A program made the translations under genes and the position numbers. From Rhodothermales bacterium (GTDB taxonomy: Bacteria > Bacteroidota > Rhodothermia > Rhodothermales > Bin80), in NCBI GenBank assembly GCA_028278205.1, contig JANQES010000045.1, positions 16,319-80,318 on the forward strand: a DNA stretch of 64,000 nucleotides, in the 5' to 3' direction. Positions 40,760 to 49,749 of the stretch are shown here, piece by piece (position 1 is the first letter of the stretch; each line of letters begins with the position of its first letter). The notes beneath the pieces are model-generated. The model had not been told where the DNA came from. It saw only the letters and a list, made by a program, of their open reading frames with translations, and ran no database searches.

Positions 40760-42196
40760 CTACGTGGGGATTCTACGCCCGTTGTTCGAATTGGGCCACG
40801 GAGACGTGGCATTGCAACTGCCGATTCCCCCGGCATTGTTGGTGCAGAGACGCTCTCGATAGGTGTTCGCGTTCAGCGGCGTGGGGATCGGCAGCGGGGC
40901 GCCCGGCAGCGCGGTGAACGGAACGTTGAGGGGCAGTTGCGCCGTGTGAGGCGCCACCCAGGGATCGGTATCGCCATCGACCTCCAGACACGCGTCAAAG
41001 ATGGGATCGGTCTGCCCGCCCGCGCCCGTCCAGGCCACCTCATGGTAGGAGAAGCCGCACCCCCAGTTGGGGCACCCGAACCCTGCCTGACCAATCGCCT
41101 TGATGGGCGTCAGGTCGAAGAAGGCCTGCATGCGAGAGGCGTGGAGGTCGCATCCCAGGACATTCGAGAACGTGGTGACGATGGTGCCGCAGTCGGTGCA
41201 GTTGACCACGTTTCCGAGGCCCGTTCCGTTATCGAGATAGTCGATGAACTGGGTGCAATAGAAGTTCAGGCCGTTGCCGGGCGACGTGTACTTGGAGGCA
41301 CCGAAGTTCATGTCGTAGGTGAGCCCGATGGAGGCGTTGACGTTCTGGGTGACGGCGCCGGCGGCCCCAACGACGGTCGCCTGCCCGTTGGCCCAGACAC
41401 AGGAATAGTCGAGCACGTCGGTCCACGGATTGTTCGTGCTGCCCACGGTTTGATCCCACGGACTCTTGGGCGTCTCCAGCACGATGTAGATCCGATGCCG
41501 GGTGGCGTCGGCGTCCTGCCAGGCCGTCTGTCCCGGACAGCGATACTTCCATTGCCAGGTGATGTCCTCGCGCAGGATCCCTCCGGTGCCGATGGTATGA
41601 TTTTTGAGTTCGAACGTGACGAACTCGGGCGTCGAGACCCCCCCGGCGAACTGAACGGTCTGGGCATCGAGCGCACCGAGCACCCCGCCGCCATCGGCCC
41701 GAATCTCCGCACTCGTTACGGTGCCCGGCGTGATGCTGAACTTCACCTTCACCGTGACCGTGTTGCCTGTCGTTTCGAGGATGGCGTAGGCCGCCGGCGA
41801 CTCTTCGGGCTGCGTATCGCCCGCCTCCCACTCCGGCAGCGTGACGGGCGTGGTGAAGTTCTTCCGGATGGTGAGGGCATCGCCCGTGGCGCTAGACGTA
41901 TTATGATTGAACTGGATCGCCTCGACCGAAACGCTACACGCCACCACCTCATCGTGCGGATGACACACCTTGAGATACACCACCACCCATACGATCAACA
42001 GGATCGTCAGGACGAGCAGCAACCAGAAATGCGCCAGCGGAGATCCCCACACCAGCACCAGGATCAGGGCGAGGATCGTCAAAACGACGAGGATCTGGAT
42101 CCACCAGATTATCCACGGGGCACACTTTTTTTTACGAGCGATCTGCCAGCACATGATGCTGACGATGACGAGGATCACGGCCCAGATCAAGTACAT
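40760..42196 (-). CDS. 3-TM, Cys-rich exported protein with transglutaminase/papain-like Cys-His-Asp pattern (hypothetical)
   Basis: The N-terminal 75 aa form three hydrophobic helices. The ectodomain has about 16 Cys. Candidate triad: VNCTDCGTIVTTF, then FSYHEVAW, then 11 aa further DPIFD. Confidence 0.55.
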   Translation of the reverse strand: MYLIWAVILVIVSIMCWQIARKKKCAPWIIWWIQILVVLTILALILVLVWGSPLAHFWLLLVLTILLIVWVVVYLKVCHPHDEVVACSVSVEAIQFNHNTSSATGDALTIRKNFTTPVTLPEWEAGDTQPEESPAAYAILETTGNTVTVKVKFSITPGTVTSAEIRADGGGVLGALDAQTVQFAGGVSTPEFVTFELKNHTIGTGGILREDITWQWKYRCPGQTAWQDADATRHRIYIVLETPKSPWDQTVGSTNNPWTDVLDYSCVWANGQATVVGAAGAVTQNVNASIGLTYDMNFGASKYTSPGNGLNFYCTQFIDYLDNGTGLGNVVNCTDCGTIVTTFSNVLGCDLHASRMQAFFDLTPIKAIGQAGFGCPNWGCGFSYHEVAWTGAGGQTDPIFDACLEVDGDTDPWVAPHTAQLPLNVPFTALPGAPLPIPTPLNANTYRERLCTNNAGGIGSCNATSPWPNSNNGRRIPT

Positions 42197-42551
42197 GGTT
42201 TTTTGACTCCTTCTGGTCTATTGTCGTGTCGGCTCGCGCGTGCTAAAAAGAACTGCCAGGAACTGCAAAAAACGCATAAGTACTCGGTTCCTTACCCGAA
42301 AATATAACGTAAATGCCCCCTGAGAGTCAAATGGGCTACCGATGGCCAGAACCCGTTGATTTGGCCTGCCTTTGGATCAGCAGCCAGAGCCGGTTTTAGT
42401 GAGAGAAAACACAACCCGGACGGCGAGGAGTCAGATCCATCGCCCTGATTTCGACCGGGACGCGACAGCCGATCTGGCTCGCCCCCTGCTTCGGTTACGC
42501 CATCGACCGAAGGCAGTGTGTAACATTTCCATTATTTGGTCAAACAACTAT

Positions 42552-42580
42552 TTGCGAGTGACGCCCCAGACTGGTATAAT
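42552..42580 (+). promoter_or_regulatory. sigma-70-like promoter candidate upstream of coxM
   Basis: TTGCGA, a 17-nt spacer, then TATAAT (42575-42580). Lies about 120 nt upstream of the coxM ATG, in a 500-bp divergent intergenic region. Confidence 0.3.
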
Positions 42581-42700
42581 GCATCGCCACCATTTCAGTG
42601 CCCCCTTCCCCTCTGTAGTGCCGTCCTTCGGAAGCGCTTTCGAAAGACGCGTCAGGCGCTGTCTTTTTATCCTCCTCACTCTTGCCAAAACGGTGTGCTC

Positions 42701-43570
42701 ATGATACCCGCGCCTTTTGATTATCACACACCCTCCTCGCTCGACGAAGCCCTTTCTTTGCTTCAGGAGTACGGCTACGAGGCTAAGATCCTCACGGGCG
42801 GGCAGAGCCTGCTGCCTATGATGAAACTGCGCCTGGCCGAGCCGGAGCATATCATCGATCTCAACGGGATTCCGGGCCTGGCGTACATCCGCGAAGAAGA
42901 CGGCCACGTCAAGATCGGCGCCTTGACGCGCGAGGCGGAGATGGAAGAATCCGCCCTGATCCGCGCGAAGCTGCCCATCCTCCATGACACTGGCAAGCTC
43001 ATCGCCGACCCGCAGGTGCGCAACCTGGGCACGCTCGGCGGCAACCTGGCCCACGGCGATCCGGGCAACGATCACCCGGCGACGATGCTGGCCCTCGGCG
43101 CGCGGGTGGTGGCCATCGGCCCCAACGGGCAACGCGCGATCCCGGTGACGGAGTTTTTTGTGGATTTCTACACGACGGCCCTCGAACCGGAGGAGATCCT
43201 CACCGAGATCCAGATCCCGCTCCCACCGCCGGGCAGTGGCGGCGCCTACCTCAAGCTCGAACGCAAAGTAGGCGACTACGCCACGGCGGGCGTCGCTGCG
43301 CAGGTGACGATTGATGCTACAGGACGTTGCACCGAGGCCGGCATCGGGTTGACGAATGTGTCGTACGTGCCCGTCAAAGCCACCGACGCCGAAGCGCGCC
43401 TGCGCGGCTCAACCCTGAGCGAGGTGGACCTCAACGAAGCCGCCGGGTTGGCCGCCGCCGCGAGCCGTCCGTCTTCCGATCTTCGCGGATCCGAAGAATA
43501 CAAACGCGCCATGGTCCGCGTGCTGACCAAACGCGCCCTCCAACGCGCCATCGCACGAGCACGCGGGTAG
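42701..43570 (+). CDS. coxM: CO dehydrogenase medium (FAD-binding) subunit
   Basis: Start MIPAPFDYHTPSSLDEALSLL...ILTGGQSLLPMMKLRL. Belongs to the FAD_binding_5/CO_deh_flav_C family. The M-S-L gene order is typical of form I. Confidence 0.88.
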   Translation: MIPAPFDYHTPSSLDEALSLLQEYGYEAKILTGGQSLLPMMKLRLAEPEHIIDLNGIPGLAYIREEDGHVKIGALTREAEMEESALIRAKLPILHDTGKLIADPQVRNLGTLGGNLAHGDPGNDHPATMLALGARVVAIGPNGQRAIPVTEFFVDFYTTALEPEEILTEIQIPLPPPGSGGAYLKLERKVGDYATAGVAAQVTIDATGRCTEAGIGLTNVSYVPVKATDAEARLRGSTLSEVDLNEAAGLAAAASRPSSDLRGSEEYKRAMVRVLTKRALQRAIARARG

Positions 43571-43637
43571 TGTTTTAGTGTTATAGTGTTTTAGTTCTCC
43601 TTCCTCAAACACTATAACACCATAACACTAAAACACT
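43569..43637. repeat. GTGTT-oligomer palindromic element
   Basis: agtgttttagtgttatagtgttttag pairs with caaacactataacaccataacactaaaacact. Confidence 0.85.
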
Positions 43638-43699
43638 TCTATCACCCGCTTGACAAAACGCCAGGGCATCCCACCCTCTCCAGATCAAAAAACGCTACT

Positions 43700-44191
43700 A
43701 TGGCTACCAGAACCGTTTCAATAACCGTCAACGGCGAGACCCATACCCGCGACGTCGAACCCCGGCTGCTGCTCGTCCACTTCCTCCGCGAAAACCTCGA
43801 CCTTACCGGGACCCACATCGGCTGCGACACCAGCAACTGCGGCGCCTGCACCGTCCTGCTCGACGGCAAGTCGATCAAGTCGTGTACGTTGCTGGCGGTG
43901 CAGGCCCACGGCAAAGCCGTGACGACGATTGAGGGCGTGGCGCAGGGCGGCCAACTCCATCCTTTGCAAGAGGGCTTCAAGGAGAAACACGGTTTGCAGT
44001 GCGGCTTCTGCACCCCCGGCATGGTCATGCGCGCCGTCGAACTGCTCGACAAAAACCCCGACCCCACCGAAGACGACATCCGCTGGGGCATCTCCGGCAA
44101 CCTGTGCCGCTGCACCGGCTACGTCAACATCGTCAAAGCCATTCAGTATGCGGCGGAGAAGATGCAGGCCGAGGAAGCCGTGGAGGCTTAG
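43700..44191 (+). CDS. coxS: CO dehydrogenase small (2x[2Fe-2S]) subunit
   Basis: Contains [24 protein letters not shown] and CRCTGY. Confidence 0.9.
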   Translation: MATRTVSITVNGETHTRDVEPRLLLVHFLRENLDLTGTHIGCDTSNCGACTVLLDGKSIKSCTLLAVQAHGKAVTTIEGVAQGGQLHPLQEGFKEKHGLQCGFCTPGMVMRAVELLDKNPDPTEDDIRWGISGNLCRCTGYVNIVKAIQYAAEKMQAEEAVEA

Positions 44192-44196
44192 TTCAT

Positions 44197-44258
44197 GAAA
44201 CGTAAAACGTGAGGGTGCCTCGCTGAGACCTCTCTACATGCTCCCTCACGTTTCAAAC
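44197..44258. repeat. CGTAAAACGTGAGGG-type palindromic element
   Basis: gaaacgtaaaacgtgagggtgcc pairs with gctccctcacgtttcaaac. Confidence 0.75.
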
Positions 44259-44294
44259 ACACCGTTCAGAAAACAACAGACCCCATACAGATCT

Positions 44295-46661
44295 ATGCAG
44301 CCTAGAACCTCCGAGAAGATCTGCGGCATGGGCCACAGCATGAAGCGTAAAGAAGACGCGCGCTTCCTCCAGGGCAAGGGCAATTACGTTGACGACGTCA
44401 AGCTGCCCGGCATGCTCTACATGGACATCGTCCGCAGCCCGTTTGCCTACGCCAAAATCAAAAGCATCAACACCGAAGCGGCGCTTGCCATTCCGGGGGT
44501 GCTGGCCGTCATCACCGGCGAGACGCTGGCGCAGTACAACCTACACTGGATGCCGACGCTGATGTCGGACACGCAGATGGTGCTGCCCACCGACACGGTG
44601 ATGTACCAGTCGCAGGAGGTCGCGGCCGTCATTGCCACCAGCCGCTACATCGCCGCCGACGGTGTGGAGGCCGTCGAGGTGGAGTATGAACCGATGCAGG
44701 CGATGGTCACGCCCTTTCAGAGTATGGAGCCCGGTGCGCCGGTGCTGCGCACGGACAAGGAAGGCAAGACCGATAACCTGGCCTGGCACTGGGAACACGG
44801 CGACCGCGAGGCCACCGACAAGGCCTTCGCTAGCGCCGACGTCGTCGTCCGCGAAAAGATGCACATCCCGCGCATCCACGTCGCCTCGATCGAGACGTGC
44901 GGCTGCGTGGCCGACTTCGACCCGGTCGAGGGAAAACTGACCGTTTATATGACGACGCAGGCGCCGCACGCCGTGCGGACGGTGCTGGCGCTCGTGGCCG
45001 GGCACGTCGGGCTGTCCGAAGAAAAAATCCGCATCATCTCGCCCGACATCGGCGGCGGTTTCGGCGGTAAGGTGCCGGTGTATCCGGGCTACGTCGTCGC
45101 CATCGCCGCGTCGGTGGTCATCGGCAAGCCGGTCAAGTGGATCGAAGATCGTTCGGAAAACCTCCAGGCCGATTCCTTCGCCCGCGACTATCACATGGAT
45201 TGCGAGTTGGCCGCCACGAACGAGGGCAAAATCCAGGCGCTGCGCATCAAAACCGTGGCCGATTACGGCTACACCGATGCCGCCGCCAACCCGTCGAAGT
45301 TTCCCGCCGGTTTGTTTTCGATCTGCACCGGCTCGTACGACATGGACACGGCGTTCACCGAGATGGACGCCGTCTACACCAACAAGCCGCCGGGCGGCGT
45401 GGCCTATCGCTGCTCCTTCCGCGTCACCGAGGCCGTCCACGCCATCGAACGCATGGTGGACGTGCTGGCGCAGAAACTTCAGAAGGATCCCGCCCAACTC
45501 CGGTTCAACAATTTCATCCAGCCCGAACAATTCCCCTATCAATCGCCGATGGGTTGGGAGTATGACAGCGGCAACTATCCGGCCGCTTTGCAAAAAGCGA
45601 TGGACATCGTCGGCTATGAGGAGTTGCGGCGGGAGCAGGCTGAAAAACGGGCGCGCGGCGAGTTCATGGGCATCGGCATTTCGAGCTTCACCGAGATCGT
45701 CGGCGCCGGGCCGTCGAAGCATTTCGACATCCTGGGCATCAAGATGTTTGATAGCTGCGAGTTGCGGATCCATCCGACGGGCAAAGCCATCGCGCGCTTC
45801 GGCACGAAGTCGCAGGGGCAGGGGCACGAGACGACGTATGCGCAGATCATCGCCGAAGAACTGGGCATCCCGGCCCTGCACGTCGAAGTCGAAGAAGGCG
45901 ACACCGACACGGCGCCGTACGGCCTGGGCACCTACGCCAGCCGCAGCACCCCGACGGCAGGCGCCGCCGCGGCCAAAGCCGCCCGCAAGGTGCGTAATAA
46001 AGCCCGCAAGATCGCCGCCTACCTCCTCGAAGTCAGCGAAGAAGACCTCGAATGGGAGCCCGGCGTCTTCACCGTCAAAGGCGCACCGGATAAATCGACG
46101 ACGATTCAGGACATCGCCTTCGCGGCCTACACCAACCATCCGCAAGGCATGGAGGCCGGGCTGGAGGCCGTCCATTACTACGATCCGCCCAACCTGACCT
46201 TCCCGTTCGGCTCCTACATCTGCGTCGTAGACATCGACAAAGGCACCGGCGAGATCAAGATCCGGCGGTTCGTGGCTGTCGATGACTGCGGCAACATCAT
46301 CAACCCGATGATCGTCCAGGGGCAGGTTCACGGCGGGTTGACGCAGGGCCTGGCCCCGGCGATGTACGAATCGTTGATCTACGACGAGGAGGGCAACATC
46401 CTCAACGGCACGTTCATGGACTACCTGTTGCCTACCGCCGTCGAGACGCCCAACTGGGAGACCGCCCACACCATCACGCCATCGCCGCATCACCCGCTCG
46501 GCGCCAAAGGCGTGGGCGAGTCGGCCACGGTGGGCGCGCCGCCGGCCATCGTCAACGCCGTCGTCGATGCGCTCTCGCCGCTGGGCGTCACCCACCTCGA
46601 AATCCCGATGACGCCGCCGCAGATTTGGGAGATTCTGAATGCGCATGGCGTTGCTGAATGA
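44295..46661 (+). CDS. coxL: form-I aerobic CO dehydrogenase large (Mo-Cu) subunit
   Basis: Active-site loop GGVAYRCSFRVTE carries the form-I signature AYRCSFR. N-terminus GMGHSMKRKEDARFLQGKGNYVDD. ATG at 44295 was chosen because the track start at 44238 lies inside a repeat. Confidence 0.9.
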   Translation: MQPRTSEKICGMGHSMKRKEDARFLQGKGNYVDDVKLPGMLYMDIVRSPFAYAKIKSINTEAALAIPGVLAVITGETLAQYNLHWMPTLMSDTQMVLPTDTVMYQSQEVAAVIATSRYIAADGVEAVEVEYEPMQAMVTPFQSMEPGAPVLRTDKEGKTDNLAWHWEHGDREATDKAFASADVVVREKMHIPRIHVASIETCGCVADFDPVEGKLTVYMTTQAPHAVRTVLALVAGHVGLSEEKIRIISPDIGGGFGGKVPVYPGYVVAIAASVVIGKPVKWIEDRSENLQADSFARDYHMDCELAATNEGKIQALRIKTVADYGYTDAAANPSKFPAGLFSICTGSYDMDTAFTEMDAVYTNKPPGGVAYRCSFRVTEAVHAIERMVDVLAQKLQKDPAQLRFNNFIQPEQFPYQSPMGWEYDSGNYPAALQKAMDIVGYEELRREQAEKRARGEFMGIGISSFTEIVGAGPSKHFDILGIKMFDSCELRIHPTGKAIARFGTKSQGQGHETTYAQIIAEELGIPALHVEVEEGDTDTAPYGLGTYASRSTPTAGAAAAKAARKVRNKARKIAAYLLEVSEEDLEWEPGVFTVKGAPDKSTTIQDIAFAAYTNHPQGMEAGLEAVHYYDPPNLTFPFGSYICVVDIDKGTGEIKIRRFVAVDDCGNIINPMIVQGQVHGGLTQGLAPAMYESLIYDEEGNILNGTFMDYLLPTAVETPNWETAHTITPSPHHPLGAKGVGESATVGAPPAIVNAVVDALSPLGVTHLEIPMTPPQIWEILNAHGVAE

Positions 46662-46691
46662 ACGGTTTGCGGTGTTTGCGCCGTTGACGTG

Positions 46692-46770
46692 GGTCACTAG
46701 TCACTGGTGGGAAATCAACATACCAGTGACCAGTGACAGCGAGCGCCAGCGAGCGTAATGACCAGTGACC
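46692..46770. repeat. GTCACTGGT-type palindromic element
   Basis: ggtcactagtcactggtgg pairs with ccagtgaccagtgac, with a further arm taatgaccagtgacc. Confidence 0.75.
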
Positions 46771-46835
46771 GACACCAGGGTCTGCGCAACGTGAGACCTC
46801 GCGACATACCACCTTGCTCCTAACCAACTGCCCTC

Positions 46836-47498
46836 ATGCAAGTCAAAATTAACGAATCGTTTCAGGTTGATGCGCCGATTGTGGATGTCTGGGCGATGCT
46901 CAGCGATCCGAACAAAGTGGTCACGTGCGTGCCCGGCGCCCGGATCACCGAGACGATCGACGAGCGCCATTACAAAGGCACCGTCAGCATGAAAATCGGC
47001 CCGGTGGTGACCAACTTCAAAGGCGACATCGAGATCGAACATCTGGACGAGGCGGCGGGCGAGTTGGTGCTGCAAGGCAGCGGCATGGATGCCAAAGGCA
47101 AAGGCAGCGCCAGGATGAAGCTCGTCGGCACGTTACGCGCGCTCGACGGCGGCACCGAGGTGACCCACAGCATGGAGGTGAGCGTCAGCGGCAAGCTGGC
47201 GCAATTCGGCTCGCGGCTGATGGAAGACGTCTCCGGGCGAGTCTTCGAGCAATTCGTCGAATGCTTCCAGGCCAGCGTGCAACCGGCTGTGGCGGCGCCT
47301 GCGGTAGAGACCGCCGCTGCCGGAGAAGGGGCCGCCGGCGCCGCCGTCGAGGAGGCCGTGGCAACGGCGCCGGCTCCGCCCCCGGCGCAAGCCCAGGCCG
47401 CCGAGCCGGTCAAGGCGTTGCCGCTGTTGTTCAAAGCCATTGGCGCATCCATCGCCCGCTTCTTCCGGCGTCTGTTTGGACGGACTGAGCGGGCTTGA
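46836..47498 (+). CDS. coxG: CoxG-like SRPBCC protein with Ala/Pro-rich tail
   Basis: MQVKINESFQVDAPIVDVWAMLSDPNKVVTCVPGA is typical of the CoxG family. Confidence 0.8.
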   Translation: MQVKINESFQVDAPIVDVWAMLSDPNKVVTCVPGARITETIDERHYKGTVSMKIGPVVTNFKGDIEIEHLDEAAGELVLQGSGMDAKGKGSARMKLVGTLRALDGGTEVTHSMEVSVSGKLAQFGSRLMEDVSGRVFEQFVECFQASVQPAVAAPAVETAAAGEGAAGAAVEEAVATAPAPPPAQAQAAEPVKALPLLFKAIGASIARFFRRLFGRTERA

Positions 47499-47518
47499 TA
47501 GCGATTAGAAGTGTTTTA

Positions 47519-47592
47519 GTGTTATGGTGTTATAGTGTTTAAGTTGATTGATTTAAAAGAACTAAAACACTGAAACACCATATAGAACCCGT
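47519..47592. repeat. GTGTT-oligomer palindromic element (imperfect)
   Basis: aagtgttttagtgttatggtgttatagtgttt pairs with aactaaaacactgaaacaccatatag. Confidence 0.7.
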
Positions 47593-47609
47593 TTGCAAGA
47601 GGTAATCCC

Positions 47610-48512
47610 GTGGCCGATCCCGCCATCCAGAACGTCGACATAGAAACCATCATCGAGGGTTTCGAGCGCGAAGGCTACGTGACCGACGACGCGCTGGCGA
47701 CGACGGCCTTCTTGCTGCTCAAGCTCCGGCGGCCTCTGCTGGTCGAAGGCCACGCGGGGGTGGGTAAAACCGAACTGGCGCACGTGCTCGCCGGATATCT
47801 CGGCGCCCGGCTGATCCGGCTGCAATGCTACGAAGGCCTCGACGTCCACACGGCTATTTACGAGTGGAATTACCAGCGGCAACTCCTGGCGATCAAAATT
47901 CAGGAAGGCTCAGATCGGTCGCTGGAAGAAAAGGAGGCGCATATTTTCGGGGAACCCTACCTGCTGGCGCGCCCGCTCTTGCAAGCCATCACCGAAAAAG
48001 ACGCCGCGCCGGTGCTCTTGATCGATGAGATCGACCGGGCCGACGAAGAGTTCGAGGCGTTTCTGCTGGAATTGCTCTCGGCCTTCCAGATCACCATTCC
48101 GGAAATCGGCACGATCAAAGCCCGGCACATTCCCCACGTCATCCTCACCTCGAACCGCACCCGCGACCTCAGCGACGCGCTCAAACGGCGGTGCCTCTAC
48201 CACTGGGTCGATTATCCGGATCGGGAGAAGGAGCGGCGTATCATCCAGAAACGCATGCCCGGCATCGAAGCCGCGCTGGCCGATCAGGTAGTCCGTTTCA
48301 TTCAGTCCCTGCGCCAGTTAAAACTCACCAAAACTCCGGGCGTCTCGGAAACGCTCGACTGGACGGCGGCGCTGCTGGCCCTGGGCAAACACACCCTCGA
48401 CCCGGCCACCATCGAACGCACCATCGGCTGCGTGCTGAAATCGACCGAAGACATCGCCCTGCTGAAGGCGGAAGGCATCGAGCAGTTGCTGACGCAAGCG
48501 CTGGCTGCCTGA
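47610..48512 (+). CDS. coxD: MoxR-type AAA+ ATPase (CoxD-like maturation factor)
   Basis: GTG start. Walker A LLVEGHAGVGKTELA and Walker B VLLIDEIDRA. Confidence 0.85.
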   Translation: MADPAIQNVDIETIIEGFEREGYVTDDALATTAFLLLKLRRPLLVEGHAGVGKTELAHVLAGYLGARLIRLQCYEGLDVHTAIYEWNYQRQLLAIKIQEGSDRSLEEKEAHIFGEPYLLARPLLQAITEKDAAPVLLIDEIDRADEEFEAFLLELLSAFQITIPEIGTIKARHIPHVILTSNRTRDLSDALKRRCLYHWVDYPDREKERRIIQKRMPGIEAALADQVVRFIQSLRQLKLTKTPGVSETLDWTAALLALGKHTLDPATIERTIGCVLKSTEDIALLKAEGIEQLLTQALAA

Positions 48513-48535
48513 AGCGAAAGGGTGAGAAAAGCAAG

Positions 48536-48567
48536 AAGTCCCCCTTCGAAGGGGGACTTTCGGTTTT
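48536..48567 (+). terminator. hairpin plus T-run after coxD
   Basis: aagtcccccttcgaagggggactt is a perfect palindrome with a GC-rich stem. It is followed by tcggtttt. Confidence 0.4.
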
Positions 48568-48594
48568 GCCCGCTATTACCTGAATAATTCGTCC

Positions 48595-49749
48595 ATGCAC
48601 CCACCCTTGAACACAGGCGCCGCTTCGGCAGACAGGCTCACCGACGCCGTCGTCGGGTTCTGCCGGTTTGTGCGCGAGCAGGGATTCAACGTCGGAGTGG
48701 AAGAGACCATGGATGCCTTGAAGACCGCCCGCCTCGGGACGTTGACGGACCGGCGGGTCTTCCGGCTGGCCCTCCGCGCGTTGCTCTGCACCGGCAAAGA
48801 CGAGCACGACCGCTTCGACGGCCTCTTCGAACAATATTGGACGAATGTGTCGACGCCCGGCGCAGTGGTGCGCCAACGGCGGCGCGTCCGGCCTGTGGCA
48901 CGGGTTCAACAGGGCATCCCGCTGTTGATGATCGGCGCGAAGCAGGAGGCCGTCATCGATGACGAAGAAGGCCGCAGCACCACGGGCGCGCACGCCGTCG
49001 AACGCCTCCGCAAAACCGACTTTTCAAAGGTGCCGGAGCACGACCAGGAACGGCTCGAACAGCTTGCCCTGCGCCTGTTCAAGCAGATGAGCCTGCGCCT
49101 GTCGCGACGCCTCAAAACGACCACGCGGAAGGATCAGGTGGATCTGCGGCGGACGATCCGCCGCAGCATCGCGCGAGGCGGCACGCCGGTAGATCTGCGC
49201 TTCCGGGGGCGTAAGCCGAGGAAGCCGCGCCTCGCCGTCCTGCTCGACGTCAGCGGCTCGATGGATCAGTACAGCTTCTTCCTCCTGCGCTTTATCTATG
49301 CCCTCCAGCGTCATTTTGGCCGGGTTGATTCGTTCCTTTTCAGCACGCGCCTGCAATGCATCAACGACGTGATGAACGCCCGTCGCCTGCCCGAAACCCT
49401 CTCGGCCCTGGCCGATACCTCGGAGGCGTGGTCGAGCGGCACGCGCATTGGAGCTTGTTTTCAAACCTTCAACGACCGCTACGCCCGGCGTGTGCTGTCG
49501 AAAAACACGCTCGTGCTCATCCTCAGCGACGGGCTCGATACAGGCGAAGCAGACGTGCTGGCCCGCGAAGTGCGCGCGATGAAGCAGCGGGCTAAGAAGC
49601 TGATCTGGCTCAATCCGCTGCTCGGCATGGCCGGCTATCAGCCACTGGCACGGGGGATCCAGACCGTGTTGCCTCACGTAGACGCTTTCCTGGCAGCGCA
49701 CAACCTGGAGAGCTTGCTCACCCTGGAAACGCACTTGCGCTATGTTTGA
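48595..49749 (+). CDS. coxE: VWA-domain CoxE-like protein
   Basis: MIDAS-type motif VLLDVSGSM. Lies downstream of the MoxR ATPase. Confidence 0.82.
   Translation: MHPPLNTGAASADRLTDAVVGFCRFVREQGFNVGVEETMDALKTARLGTLTDRRVFRLALRALLCTGKDEHDRFDGLFEQYWTNVSTPGAVVRQRRRVRPVARVQQGIPLLMIGAKQEAVIDDEEGRSTTGAHAVERLRKTDFSKVPEHDQERLEQLALRLFKQMSLRLSRRLKTTTRKDQVDLRRTIRRSIARGGTPVDLRFRGRKPRKPRLAVLLDVSGSMDQYSFFLLRFIYALQRHFGRVDSFLFSTRLQCINDVMNARRLPETLSALADTSEAWSSGTRIGACFQTFNDRYARRVLSKNTLVLILSDGLDTGEADVLAREVRAMKQRAKKLIWLNPLLGMAGYQPLARGIQTVLPHVDAFLAAHNLESLLTLETHLRYV

Noticed and set aside
42600-42700. Possible Moco riboswitch or attenuator in the coxM leader (agcgctttcgaaagacgcgtcaggcgct gtcttttt)
   Set aside because: Only a weak, bulged hairpin is present. 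I cannot match it to the Moco RNA motif consensus from memory. It would need a cmscan against Rfam.
42372-42704. 110-aa ORF in the 500-bp gap upstream of coxM
   Set aside because: It has no motif, runs into the coxM start, and contains the candidate promoter. It is probably non-coding.
44541-46697. 718-aa minus-strand ORF
   Set aside because: It is antisense to coxL, whose active-site loop and N-terminus are unambiguous.
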